This document shows positions 1-8,675 of a DNA stretch of 64,000 bases, one piece after another. The stretch's first letter is position 1. Each line of letters starts with the position of its first letter. Under the pieces are notes generated by a model. That model saw only the letters and a list, made by a program, of their open reading frames with translations, was not told the DNA's origin and made no database searches. This DNA comes from an uncultured Actinomycetota bacterium (GTDB lineage: Bacteria > Actinomycetota > Actinomycetes > JAHEKZ01). The position numbers and the translations under genes were made by a program. The DNA is taken from positions 224,001-288,000 of the forward strand of contig CAVQYR010000001.1 of NCBI GenBank assembly GCA_963718235.1, given 5' to 3'.

Positions 1-544
1 CGCCTACCACGTCTCGTTGCAGGTGTGGCTGCTGCTCTCCCTCGCCCTCGACGCGCTGGCCATCGCCGGGCAGGCGCTGGTCGGACGCGACCTCGGCGCC
101 TCCGACGTCGTCGCCGCGCGGGCAGACCTGCGTCGGCTGCTGCGCTGGGGGACCGGCGCCGGGTTCGCCCTGGCACTGGTCGTCGCGGCATCGGCCCCGC
201 TGCTGCCCGCGCTGTTCAGCGCCGACCCGACGGTGGGCGCGCTGCTCACCGGGTCGCTCGTGGTCGTGGCCGCCCACCAGCCGGTGGCGGGGCCGGTCTT
301 CGTGCTGGACGGCGTCCTGATCGGCGCCGGCGATGCTCGGTGGCTGGCCGGCGCCGGGACGGTGACCCTCTTCGCGTTCCTGCCGGCCGCTGTCCTCGTG
401 CAGGCGACCGACCGCGGCGTCGTGGGGCTGTGGTGGGCGCTGCTGTGGTTCATGGTCGTGCGGTTGGCGTTGCTGGCGTGGCGGGCCCGCGGCGACACGT
501 GGATGCGAACGGGCGCCAGGCTGCACGGCGAGCCGGCGGCCTGA
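1..544 (+). CDS. MATE family efflux transporter (DinF-like), 5'-truncated by window edge
   Basis: Multi-TM hydrophobic ORF with MATE C-terminal motifs (LDALAIAGQALVG, VFVLDGVLIGAGD). Confidence 0.85.
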   Translation, partial: AYHVSLQVWLLLSLALDALAIAGQALVGRDLGASDVVAARADLRRLLRWGTGAGFALALVVAASAPLLPALFSADPTVGALLTGSLVVVAAHQPVAGPVFVLDGVLIGAGDARWLAGAGTVTLFAFLPAAVLVQATDRGVVGLWWALLWFMVVRLALLAWRARGDTWMRTGARLHGEPAA

Positions 545-560
545 CGCCCGACGAAATCAA

Positions 561-593
561 GAGGAGGGCGGCCCCACCGGGACCGCCCACCTC
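561..593 (-). terminator. Intrinsic terminator for rpsF-ssb-rpsR-rplI (possibly bidirectional)
   Basis: Imperfect inverted repeat GAGGAGGGCGGCCCC/GGGACCGCCCACCTC between convergent genes, followed by TTGATTT on the minus strand. Confidence 0.7.
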
Positions 594-612
594 ACCTAGA
601 CGCTGTTGCTTG

Positions 613-660
613 GCTGACTACTGGGCTGACTACTGGGCCAACTACTGGGCCAACTACTCG
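613..660. repeat. 4 x 12-bp tandem repeat overlapping rplI stop
   Basis: GCTGACTACTGG x2, GCCAACTACTGG, GCCAACTACTCG. Confidence 0.9.
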
Positions 661-1100
661 GCGACGACGTCGACGTCGAGGTCGACGCTGACCTCCGGGT
701 GCAGCCGGACGCTGACCCGGTGGCTGCCGACGGTCTTGATCGGCTGGCCGATCTCGATCCGCCGCTTGTCCAGTGCCGGGCCGCCTGCCGCGACCACGGC
801 GTCGGCGATGTCGCCGACGGTGACCGAGCCGAACAGCCGGCCGGTGTCGCCAGCGCGGGCGGGCAGCGCGACGGTGAGTCCACCGAGCTGGCCCTTGATC
901 TCCTGGGCGTGGTCGAGGTCGCGCACCTCACGCGTGTCACGCGCGCGCTTGATCTGCGCCACCTGCTTCTCGCCACCGCGCGTCCAGCTGGTCGCCAGCC
1001 CCCGCGGCATCAAGAAGTTGCGCCCGTAGCCGTCCTTGACCTCGACGACGTCGCCGGGGCTACCGAGGCCGGTGACCTCCTGGGTGAGGATGAGCTTCAT
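654..1100 (-). CDS. rplI: 50S ribosomal protein L9
   Basis: [30 protein letters not shown]; RLFGSVT. Confidence 0.98.
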   Translation of the reverse strand: MKLILTQEVTGLGSPGDVVEVKDGYGRNFLMPRGLATSWTRGGEKQVAQIKRARDTREVRDLDHAQEIKGQLGGLTVALPARAGDTGRLFGSVTVGDIADAVVAAGGPALDKRRIEIGQPIKTVGSHRVSVRLHPEVSVDLDVDVVAE

Positions 1101-1114
1101 GTCGGTCGGCCTCC

Positions 1115-1351
1115 TCAGCGCGCGGTGCTGGTGTAGGGCAGCAGCGCCATCTCACGGGCGTTCTTGACGGCCATGGCGACGTCGCGCTGGTGCTGGGTGC
1201 AGTTGCCGGTGACCCGACGGGCCCGGATCTTGCCGCGGTCGGAGATGTACTTGCGCAGCAGGTTGGTGTCCTTGTAGTCGACCGAGTCGGCCTTGTCCTT
1301 GCAGAACGCGCAGACCTTCTTCTTGGGCTTGCGCAGGGGCGGTTTCGCCAT
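1115..1351 (-). CDS. rpsR: 30S ribosomal protein S18 (Cys-containing, zinc-binding form)
   Basis: CAFC...DYKD...[18 protein letters not shown]. Confidence 0.98.
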   Translation of the reverse strand: MAKPPLRKPKKKVCAFCKDKADSVDYKDTNLLRKYISDRGKIRARRVTGNCTQHQRDVAMAVKNAREMALLPYTSTAR

Positions 1352-1408
1352 CGTGGTGCTCCAGGGTCGAAGCCCCGCTCGGGGCGGGGATGGGCGGATG
1401 GAAAGGGG

Positions 1409-1909
1409 TCAGAACGGTGGTTCGTCGGACGCGGCCTTCGCGCTGCCGCCTCCCCACGAGTCGCCAGCGGGTGCGGCCGACGCCCAGGGGTCGTCGGCGG
1501 CTGCTCCGCCGCCTCCACCCCCGAAGCTGCCACCGCCACCACCGCGCGAGGCCTTGGTGACCTTCGCCGTGGCGTACTTCAGGGACGGGCCGACCTCGTC
1601 GACCTCGATCTCGTAGACCGTGCGCTTCTCGCCCTCACGGGTCTCGTAGCTGCGCTGCTTGAGCCGGCCCTGCACCATGACCCGCATGCCGCGCTGCAGC
1701 GACTCGGCGGCGTTCTCGGCCGCCTGCCGCCAGACCGAGCACCTCAGGAACAGCGCGTCGCCGTCCTTCCACTCGTTGGTCTGCTTGTCGAAGAAGCGCG
1801 GGGTCGACGCCACCGTGAAGTTGGCCACGGCGGCCCCGGAGGGCGTGAAGCGCAGCTCGGGGTCGTCGGTCAGGTTGCCGACAACCGTGATCGTGGTCTC
1901 ACCAGCCAT
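1409..1909 (-). CDS. ssb: Single-stranded DNA-binding protein
   Basis: [25 protein letters not shown]; Gly-rich tail ending DEPPF. Confidence 0.98.
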   Translation of the reverse strand: MAGETTITVVGNLTDDPELRFTPSGAAVANFTVASTPRFFDKQTNEWKDGDALFLRCSVWRQAAENAAESLQRGMRVMVQGRLKQRSYETREGEKRTVYEIEVDEVGPSLKYATAKVTKASRGGGGGSFGGGGGGAAADDPWASAAPAGDSWGGGSAKAASDEPPF

Positions 1910-1918
1910 GTCAGCCTC

Positions 1919-2209
1919 CTACCGGACGTCCGGACGCATGACCTTGGTGCGCAGCACGGCCTCGTTGAGGTTGAGCTGGCGGTCGAGCTCCTTGACGGCG
2001 TCGGGCTCGGCGGTCATCTCGACGACGGCGTAGATGCCGTCGGACTTCTTGTCGATCTCGTAGGCGAGACGACGACGGCCCCACAGGTCGACCTTGTCGA
2101 CGGAACCGCCGGACTGGCGGATCACGTTGAGGAACTGGTCGAGCGAGGGGGAGACGGTGCGCTCCTCGAGATCGGGGTCGAGGATCACCATGAGCTCGTA
2201 CTGACGCAT
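1919..2209 (-). CDS. rpsF: 30S ribosomal protein S6
   Basis: [12 protein letters not shown]...[10 protein letters not shown]; start reassigned to ATG 2209 behind GGAGG. Confidence 0.97.
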   Translation of the reverse strand: MRQYELMVILDPDLEERTVSPSLDQFLNVIRQSGGSVDKVDLWGRRRLAYEIDKKSDGIYAVVEMTAEPDAVKELDRQLNLNEAVLRTKVMRPDVR

Positions 2210-2217
2210 GCGGCGCC

Positions 2218-2266
2218 AACCTCCTTCGGACTGAGAACGGCCACGGTCCATCCGTGGCAGGAGGGC
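2218..2266 (-). promoter_or_regulatory. S6:S18 ribosomal protein leader (cis-regulatory RNA)
   Basis: CCCTCCT can pair with the SD-containing AGGAGG; inner stem GCCACGG/CCGTGGC followed by CCG; lies in the rpsF 5' UTR. Confidence 0.7.
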
Positions 2267-2358
2267 GTTGCGTCGTGCCGGCACCCAAGAGCTGAGCGAC
2301 CCACGCGGACCACCGGCCCCGGCACAGGGTGCCCAGGGTAGTGGCGGGGTCGCCCAGA

Positions 2359-3165
2359 TCAGAAATCGGACTGGGGACGCCGGGGTGCCTCGCGCTCCTG
2401 TGGACTAGGGCGCCGGGCGACGAAGACGTGCTCCTGGCCCGGGCGGTCGGGGGCCTCACGCACCTCGACGACGGCGAACCCCGCGGCGGTCAGCTGGGCT
2501 GACACGACGTCGGGGCTGCGGAACCGCAGCGTGGAGTCGGAGACCAGCGTCTGGCCGTCGTCGAAGCAGAATGTCCATCGGAAGGTGACCTGGTCGTCGA
2601 GCACCCGGGTGACGTCGACCCAATGGTCGACCCAGTGGTCGACCCACTGGTCGACCCCCGCGAGCGTGAGCCGCTCAGACGACCGCTCGCGGGTCCACTC
2701 CCGCCACGCCTCCCGAGCCGGGTCGCGGGTCTCGAACACCAGGTGGCCCCCGGGACGGACCACCTGGTGGACCGCGCGCAGGGCGGTGAGCCACTCGTCA
2801 TCACTGACGAACACCTGGGCCACGTTCCCGGTCATCGTCGCCAGGTCCACGAGCAGCGGGTCCTCGAGACCGTCGACCAGCCGGGGCAGCGACGCCGCGT
2901 CACCGTGCAGCCAGCGCACCCGGTCGGCACCCGGCTTGGCTCGGGCCACCTCCAACGACGCCAGCGCCGGGTCCAGACCGATGGTCTTCACCCCGTGCTC
3001 GGCGAGCAGGCAGGTGAACGTCCCGGTGCCGCACCCCACGTCGAGCACCGAGCGGGCACCGAGCTCGTCGACGAGGGCGAGGTAGTGATCGAGGTCCGGA
3101 CGGGCGCCTTCGATGGCGTCGTAGTGCGCGACGAGCCGCGCGTCGGCGAAGATCCGGTCGGGCAC
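2359..3165 (-). CDS. Class I SAM-dependent methyltransferase
   Basis: VLDVGCGTG motif I; [11 protein letters not shown]. Confidence 0.9.
   Translation of the reverse strand: MPDRIFADARLVAHYDAIEGARPDLDHYLALVDELGARSVLDVGCGTGTFTCLLAEHGVKTIGLDPALASLEVARAKPGADRVRWLHGDAASLPRLVDGLEDPLLVDLATMTGNVAQVFVSDDEWLTALRAVHQVVRPGGHLVFETRDPAREAWREWTRERSSERLTLAGVDQWVDHWVDHWVDVTRVLDDQVTFRWTFCFDDGQTLVSDSTLRFRSPDVVSAQLTAAGFAVVEVREAPDRPGQEHVFVARRPSPQEREAPRRPQSDF
2614..2656. repeat. 3.5 x 12-bp in-frame tandem repeat ([12 protein letters not shown])
   Basis: GTCGACCCAATG, GTCGACCCAGTG, GTCGACCCACTG, GTCGACC. Confidence 0.9.
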
Positions 3166-3259
3166 GCCACGACTCTAGGAACCGGGCCGGACGGGCGTCG
3201 AGCCCGTTTCCTCGGCGGCACCTCGTCGTGGGCCGGTCGACCCCTGACAGGATCGAGTC

Positions 3260-4057
3260 ATGCGCCTTGCCACCTGGAACGTGAACTCGGTGACCTCCCG
3301 GCTGCCCCGGTTGCTCGAGTGGCTGGAGTCGACGGCGCCGGACGTGGTGTGCCTGCAGGAGACCAAGGTCGCCGACGACGCGTTCCCCGCCGAAGCGGTG
3401 GCCGCACTCGGCTACGAGACCGCGCACCTGGGCCAGGGTCGCTGGAACGGGGTCGCGATCGTCTCGCGGGTCGGGATCGCCGACGTCACCCGTGGGTTCT
3501 CCGGGGCCCCCGGGTTCCCCGACGCCGACACCTTCGAGGCGCGTGCTTTGGCAGCCACCTGCGGACCGGTGCGGGTCTGGTCCCTGTACGTGCCGAACGG
3601 GCGCGAGCCGGACAACCCTCACTACGCCTACAAGCTGCGCTGGCTGGCCGCGCTCACCGAAGCGGTCCGTGGCGAGGCGTCGGCAGACACTCCGTTCGTC
3701 CTCACCGGCGACTTCAACGTCGCTCCCGACGACGTCGACGTCTGGGACGTCACGAAGTTCGTCGGCGCGACGCATGTCACCGAGGCCGAACGGGGGGCCC
3801 TGGCCAGACTGCGCGCGCTCGGTCTCAGCGACGTCATGCCGCGCGCACTCAAGGGTCCGCACCCGTACACGTTCTGGGACTACCGCGGCGGCGCCTTCCA
3901 CAAGGCCGAAGGCATGCGCATCGACCTGGTGTACGGGAACGCCGCCTTCAGCAGCGCGGTCAGCGACGCCTACGTCGACCGGGAGGCACGCAAGGGCAAA
4001 GGACCGTCGGACCACGCACCGGTCGTCGTCGACCTCGACCTGCCCGCGGCTCCGTAG
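3260..4057 (+). CDS. xth: Exodeoxyribonuclease III
   Basis: ATWNVNS, CLQETK, YVPNG, GDFN, SDHAP. Confidence 0.95.
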   Translation: MRLATWNVNSVTSRLPRLLEWLESTAPDVVCLQETKVADDAFPAEAVAALGYETAHLGQGRWNGVAIVSRVGIADVTRGFSGAPGFPDADTFEARALAATCGPVRVWSLYVPNGREPDNPHYAYKLRWLAALTEAVRGEASADTPFVLTGDFNVAPDDVDVWDVTKFVGATHVTEAERGALARLRALGLSDVMPRALKGPHPYTFWDYRGGAFHKAEGMRIDLVYGNAAFSSAVSDAYVDREARKGKGPSDHAPVVVDLDLPAAP

Positions 4058-4066
4058 GCTTCGCCC

Positions 4067-5182
4067 GTGCCCACCACGCTGACCGTGCGACCCATCGCGC
4101 GCGACGAGCATCTGGCCTTCGTCGTCGACTCGAGTGGGTCGTTCCTGCAGACACCGGCCTGGGGCGAGGTCAAGGCCGACTGGCGGCACGAGAGCATCGG
4201 CTGGTTCGACGGCGACCACCTCGTCGGCGCGGCGCTGGTGCTCTACCGGCGCACACCGGCGGTCGAGCGGTACCTGGCCTACCTTCCCGAGGGGCCGGTC
4301 ATCGACTGGGAACGACACGGCGCTTCCACCGTCACCACACCCCTGCTCGAGCACCTCAAGCGCAGCAAGGCCTTCACGGTCAAGATCGGCCCGCAGCTCG
4401 TGACCCGCCGCTGGTCGGCCCAGACGATCAAGACCGCGATCGCCGACGGTGCGCTGCGGTTGGGTGACGTGCCCGCCGACGCCACCGACACTGCGGCGCA
4501 GGATGTCGGCGAGCAGCTGAGGCTGTTGGGCTGGCACCGAGACGACGCGGGCGGTGCCGGGTTCGGCGACCTCCAGCCCCGATACGTCTTCCAGGTCCCC
4601 CTGACCGACCGCACCAACGACGACCTGTTCAGCGGCTTCAACCAGCTGTGGCGCCGCAACGTGCGCAAGGCCGAGAAGTCCGGTGTGGTCGTCGAGCGGG
4701 GCGGGTACGACGACCTCGCCGCCTTCCACGAGGTCTATGCCGTCACCGCTCGACGAGACGGGTTCACCGCGCGGCCCCTCAGCTACTTCCAGCGCATGTG
4801 GCAGGCCATGACCGCCGAGGACGACGACCGGATCCGCCTCTACCTCGCCACCCACGACGACGAGGTGCTCGCGGCCACCACCTGGGTGCGGGTCGGGGCG
4901 CACGTCTGGTACTCCTACGGCGCGTCCGCCGACCACAAGCGCGAGCTGCGCCCGAGCAACGCGGTTCAGTGGCGCATGCTCGTGGATGCCCAGGAGGCGG
5001 GTGCCCGGGTGTACGACCTGCGCGGCATCTCCGACGCCCTCGCTGAGAGCGACCCCCTGTTCGGGCTCATCCGGTTCAAGCTCGGCACCGGTGGGGAGGC
5101 CGTGGAGTACCTCGGCGAGTGGGACTACCCGTTGAACCCCTTGCTGCACAAGGCCTTCCAGCTCTACCTGGCCCGCAGGTGA
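4067..5182 (+). CDS. FemAB/FemX family tRNA-dependent peptidoglycan aminoacyltransferase
   Basis: SFLQTPAWGEVK, WRRNVRKAEK, WYSYGAS, YDLRGI, GLIRFKLG. Confidence 0.92.
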   Translation: MPTTLTVRPIARDEHLAFVVDSSGSFLQTPAWGEVKADWRHESIGWFDGDHLVGAALVLYRRTPAVERYLAYLPEGPVIDWERHGASTVTTPLLEHLKRSKAFTVKIGPQLVTRRWSAQTIKTAIADGALRLGDVPADATDTAAQDVGEQLRLLGWHRDDAGGAGFGDLQPRYVFQVPLTDRTNDDLFSGFNQLWRRNVRKAEKSGVVVERGGYDDLAAFHEVYAVTARRDGFTARPLSYFQRMWQAMTAEDDDRIRLYLATHDDEVLAATTWVRVGAHVWYSYGASADHKRELRPSNAVQWRMLVDAQEAGARVYDLRGISDALAESDPLFGLIRFKLGTGGEAVEYLGEWDYPLNPLLHKAFQLYLARR

Positions 5183-5186
5183 CCCG

Positions 5187-6224
5187 ATGACCTTCTCGCT
5201 GTACGTCGATGCGGCCGACTGGCGCTCCCACACCGAACGGGTCCGCGACGCGGTGCCTGGACTCGTCCCCGTCGCCAAGGGCAACGGCTACGGGTTCGGC
5301 ATGCAGCTGCTGGCCGACCAGTGCGCGCGGCTCGGTGTGGACACCATGGCCGTGGGCACCATGCCGGAGGTCGAGCTCGTCCACGACGGGTTCGCCGGCG
5401 ACGTGCTCGTGCTCACCCCGTGGCAACCGATCATCGACGCTCCGCCACCTCTCGACGACCGGCTGATCCTGACGCTGGGCCACGTCGAGGCGGTCCACGC
5501 GATGGCGGGTTCGCCCACCCGGGTCGTGGTCGAGCTCCTCACCTCGATGCGACGGTTCGGGCTCGACCACGACTCGTTCGTGGCGGCCCTTCCGACCCTG
5601 GACCAGCTTCGCCTCACCGGGTTCGCCCTTCACCTTCCTCTGGACGAGGGCGAGACCGCGCGGGTCGACGAGGTCTCGCGCTGGGTGGAGCACCTGCGCC
5701 GCCTCGACGTCGACGTGCCGACGTTGTGGGTGAGCCACCTGGGCGACGCCGAGCTGGCCACGCTTCGGCGCAGGCACCCCGGGGTCGCCTTCCGGCCGCG
5801 GATCGGCACCCGGCTGTGGCTCGGACCTCCCCGCACCTACCAGGCGCGTGGCACCGTCCTGGCCGTCCACCCCATGCGACGAGGCGACAACTTCGGCTAC
5901 CGCCAGCGCAAGGCGCCCGGTGACGGCCACCTGCTGATCGTCAGTGGTGGAACCTCCCACGGGGTCGCCCTGAGCGCTCCGCGCCCGGTGAGCGGAGTCG
6001 TGCCACGAGCCAAGGCCGCGGCCCTCGGCGGGCTCGAGGCGGCCGGCCGGGTGCTGTCGCCTTTCCACGTGGCCGGCAAGCGGCGCTGGTTCGGTGAGCC
6101 ACCACACATGCAGGTGTCGATGGTGCTCCTGCCCGGTGAGGTCACGCCGCCGCTCGTCGGCGACGAGCTCGACGTCGACATGCGGATGACGACGGCGTTG
6201 TTCGACCGGGTCGTGCTGCAGTAG
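5187..6224 (+). CDS. Alanine racemase-family PLP-dependent enzyme (divergent)
   Basis: PVAKGNGYG PLP-lysine motif; GYRQ; RIGTRLW. Confidence 0.8.
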   Translation: MTFSLYVDAADWRSHTERVRDAVPGLVPVAKGNGYGFGMQLLADQCARLGVDTMAVGTMPEVELVHDGFAGDVLVLTPWQPIIDAPPPLDDRLILTLGHVEAVHAMAGSPTRVVVELLTSMRRFGLDHDSFVAALPTLDQLRLTGFALHLPLDEGETARVDEVSRWVEHLRRLDVDVPTLWVSHLGDAELATLRRRHPGVAFRPRIGTRLWLGPPRTYQARGTVLAVHPMRRGDNFGYRQRKAPGDGHLLIVSGGTSHGVALSAPRPVSGVVPRAKAAALGGLEAAGRVLSPFHVAGKRRWFGEPPHMQVSMVLLPGEVTPPLVGDELDVDMRMTTALFDRVVLQ

Positions 6225-6255
6225 GCGGTAGCCGAGCGACGTCCGATCCAGCAGC

Positions 6256-7230
6256 ATGAGAACCCGTGCACCGGAGGTCAGCATGACGGGACACTCGATC
6301 AGGCCCCTGCGCACCGACGACGCCGCTGCGGCCGCCTCACTGGTCAACGCGGTCAACCAGCACTTCCGTGGCCAGGACCTGTTCACGACCGAGGAGTTCA
6401 GGGCGGTCCTGGAGTTCCCCAGCACTGTTCCGGAACGAGACGGCCGCTGGTCGGTCGACGCACAGGGAGTGCCCCGCGGACTGGTCGCCGTGGTGACCTC
6501 AGAACCCTGGACGACGGCCCAGATGCACCTGTCGGTGCTGCCCGGTGACGACCGTCGGGAGGTGACCGAACAGCTCCTGACCGTCGGCATCGACCTGACG
6601 CGTAGTCGACCCGAGCTGCTGCCCGGCGCCGTGCTCGAGGCCGAGGGTGTCCCGCGCGAGGACGACGTGGTGCGGACGGCACTGGCTGCCCGCGGCTTCC
6701 ACATGGCCCGCGAGACGGCCGAGATGTGCCGCCCGCTCACCGACCTTCCGGCCGTCATCTGGCCGAGCGGGGTCTCCGCGGAGGTGCTGCGGGTCGACGA
6801 CCTCGACCAGCTCACGGCTGCCGCCGAGGTGAGCCGGGAGGGGTTCGCCGACCACGACGGCGACTACGTCCTGCCCGTCGAGGACTTCGTGCACATGGTG
6901 CGGTCGATGCCGAGCGCGCGCGCCGACCTGTCCCTGCTCGCGTCGGACGGGTCGGGCCCGGTCGGCCTGGCGCTGAGCTTCAGCTCCCTGGACACCGAAC
7001 CCACCGGCTACGTCGGGACGCTCGCGGTGGTCCGTCGGGCTCGTGGCCGTGGCGTGGCCAGGGCCCTCCTGGCCGAGTCGTTCCACCGGTTCGCCGACCA
7101 GGGCTGGGAGGCCGCCAAGCTGCACGTGCAGCTCGGCAACCGAACCGGAGCCGACCGGCTCTACCGCAGCGTCGGCATGGAGCCCGGAGCCGTCGACGAG
7201 ACCTGGGCGGTGCCGCTCGCCTCACTGTGA
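6256..7230 (+). CDS. Tandem-domain GNAT N-acetyltransferase
   Basis: LAVVRRARGRGVARALL acetyl-CoA motif; ADRLYRSVGM; start may be 6283. Confidence 0.85.
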   Translation: MRTRAPEVSMTGHSIRPLRTDDAAAAASLVNAVNQHFRGQDLFTTEEFRAVLEFPSTVPERDGRWSVDAQGVPRGLVAVVTSEPWTTAQMHLSVLPGDDRREVTEQLLTVGIDLTRSRPELLPGAVLEAEGVPREDDVVRTALAARGFHMARETAEMCRPLTDLPAVIWPSGVSAEVLRVDDLDQLTAAAEVSREGFADHDGDYVLPVEDFVHMVRSMPSARADLSLLASDGSGPVGLALSFSSLDTEPTGYVGTLAVVRRARGRGVARALLAESFHRFADQGWEAAKLHVQLGNRTGADRLYRSVGMEPGAVDETWAVPLASL

Positions 7231-8675
7231 CGTCCCGGGCGCCGCCCCCTCGCGTGACCGCCCTGGGCGGGCCGGGCCCTGCGGTCCGGGGCACCGTCGA
7301 GCACCCCACCCGCGGGGTCGTCGTCGCCGTCGGCCCGCACCGGGTCGTGCCGCGGCCACCAGATGTCGCGGATCACGAGTCCGGCGAACGCCGTCGTGGC
7401 GACCACGTGCACGAGCACCGCGACGTAGTACGTCGGCTCCGGAAGCGCGCGGTCGGGATCGGTGAACCCGTGGATGTACCACCAGACGGCGAAGAAGTAG
7501 AGCACCTCGGCGCCCTGCCACCACAGGAAGTCCCGCCACCGCGGCCTGGCGAGGACGGCGAAGGGGATCAGCCACAGCACGTACTGCGGCGAGTAGACCT
7601 TGTTCGTGACGAGGAACGCGGCCAGGACGAGGAAGGCGACCTGCGCGAAACGTGGGCGCCGGGGTGCCGCGAGCACGAGGAGGGCGATCCCGAAGCAGAG
7701 CACCGCCAGCAGCTGGGCGCCCCACGCGTTGACCCGAGTGACGTCGGAGAGGTCGACCCCCTGTCCGCCCAGGACGAGCCAGATCGACCCGAAGTCGGCC
7801 CCTCGGTCCCGTGACAGCACGTAGAACCTCGACCAGGCGTCGAAGTCGGCGAGCATGACCGGGAGGTTGACCGCCGCCCAGCTGGCGACGGTTCCGGCCA
7901 GGACCAGGCCGAACGCGCGCAGCTTGCCGGCCCGGAAGCACAGCAGGAGCAGCGGACCGAGCAGCAGCAGAGGGTAGAACTTCGTGGCGGCGGCCAGACC
8001 GAACAGCAACCCGGCGGCGAACGGGTGCCGGCGCGCCCACAGGAGCACTCCCAGCGAGGTCAGGGCAACGGCCCACAGGTCCCAGTTCAAGGTGGCGGTC
8101 AGGACCAGCCCCGGGGCCACCGCGACCATCACGGCGTCCCACACCCGTCGTCGGGCCACCAGCGCCGTCGCCCACACCGTGACCATGGCGAGCACGAGCG
8201 CCGCCGCGGCGTTGACGTCGTAGTACAGGCGTCCACGGTCGCTCGGGGCCCAGGTGCTCGGCACCGGCAGCGAGGTGACCCACATGGCGAGCCCGGTGAG
8301 CACCGGGTACTCGACCGGCTCGGCCGAGGTGCCAGTGGTGTCGCTGAAGTACGGGACCAGCCCGTCGGCGAGGCCGCGCCCCCAGTACAGGTGCACGATG
8401 TCGCTGTAACAGGCATGGGTGTACTGCTTGGTCCCGTCGCCCCAGGCAGTCTTGCGGCAGGGCTGGTCGGCCAGGACACCCAGCAGGCTGGTGAGCACGA
8501 CCAGGACGAGGGCCACCCGGATCGGCGTCCACCACGTGCGACCCACGACCGCCCGGCGTCCGACCGGTCCGCCGATGAGCTGGCTGGCCGACTCCACGAC
8601 CGGGTCGTCGTGGCTGGGCAGGACCCAGGGCGGCTCCGGGCGGTCGGCGGTCACCCCGTCATCCTGCCCCGTCAT
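7161..8675 (-). CDS. Glycosyltransferase family 87 / DUF2029 membrane protein
   Basis: HACYSDI, VEYPVLTG, NWDL, NKVYSPQYVLWL; conserved position after ponA. Confidence 0.9.
   Translation of the reverse strand: MTGQDDGVTADRPEPPWVLPSHDDPVVESASQLIGGPVGRRAVVGRTWWTPIRVALVLVVLTSLLGVLADQPCRKTAWGDGTKQYTHACYSDIVHLYWGRGLADGLVPYFSDTTGTSAEPVEYPVLTGLAMWVTSLPVPSTWAPSDRGRLYYDVNAAAALVLAMVTVWATALVARRRVWDAVMVAVAPGLVLTATLNWDLWAVALTSLGVLLWARRHPFAAGLLFGLAAATKFYPLLLLGPLLLLCFRAGKLRAFGLVLAGTVASWAAVNLPVMLADFDAWSRFYVLSRDRGADFGSIWLVLGGQGVDLSDVTRVNAWGAQLLAVLCFGIALLVLAAPRRPRFAQVAFLVLAAFLVTNKVYSPQYVLWLIPFAVLARPRWRDFLWWQGAEVLYFFAVWWYIHGFTDPDRALPEPTYYVAVLVHVVATTAFAGLVIRDIWWPRHDPVRADGDDDPAGGVLDGAPDRRARPAQGGHARGRRPGRHSEASGTAQVSSTAPGSMPTLR

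Noticed and set aside
1372-1390. GC hairpin between ssb and rpsR
   Set aside because: Short stem, common by chance at this GC content; no U-tract
2900-5284. Long antisense and alternate-frame ORFs (e.g. 794 aa here; also 39855-41966, 19611-21368, 46545-48365)
   Set aside because: Shadow ORFs of well-supported genes, expected from high GC3; no recognisable motifs
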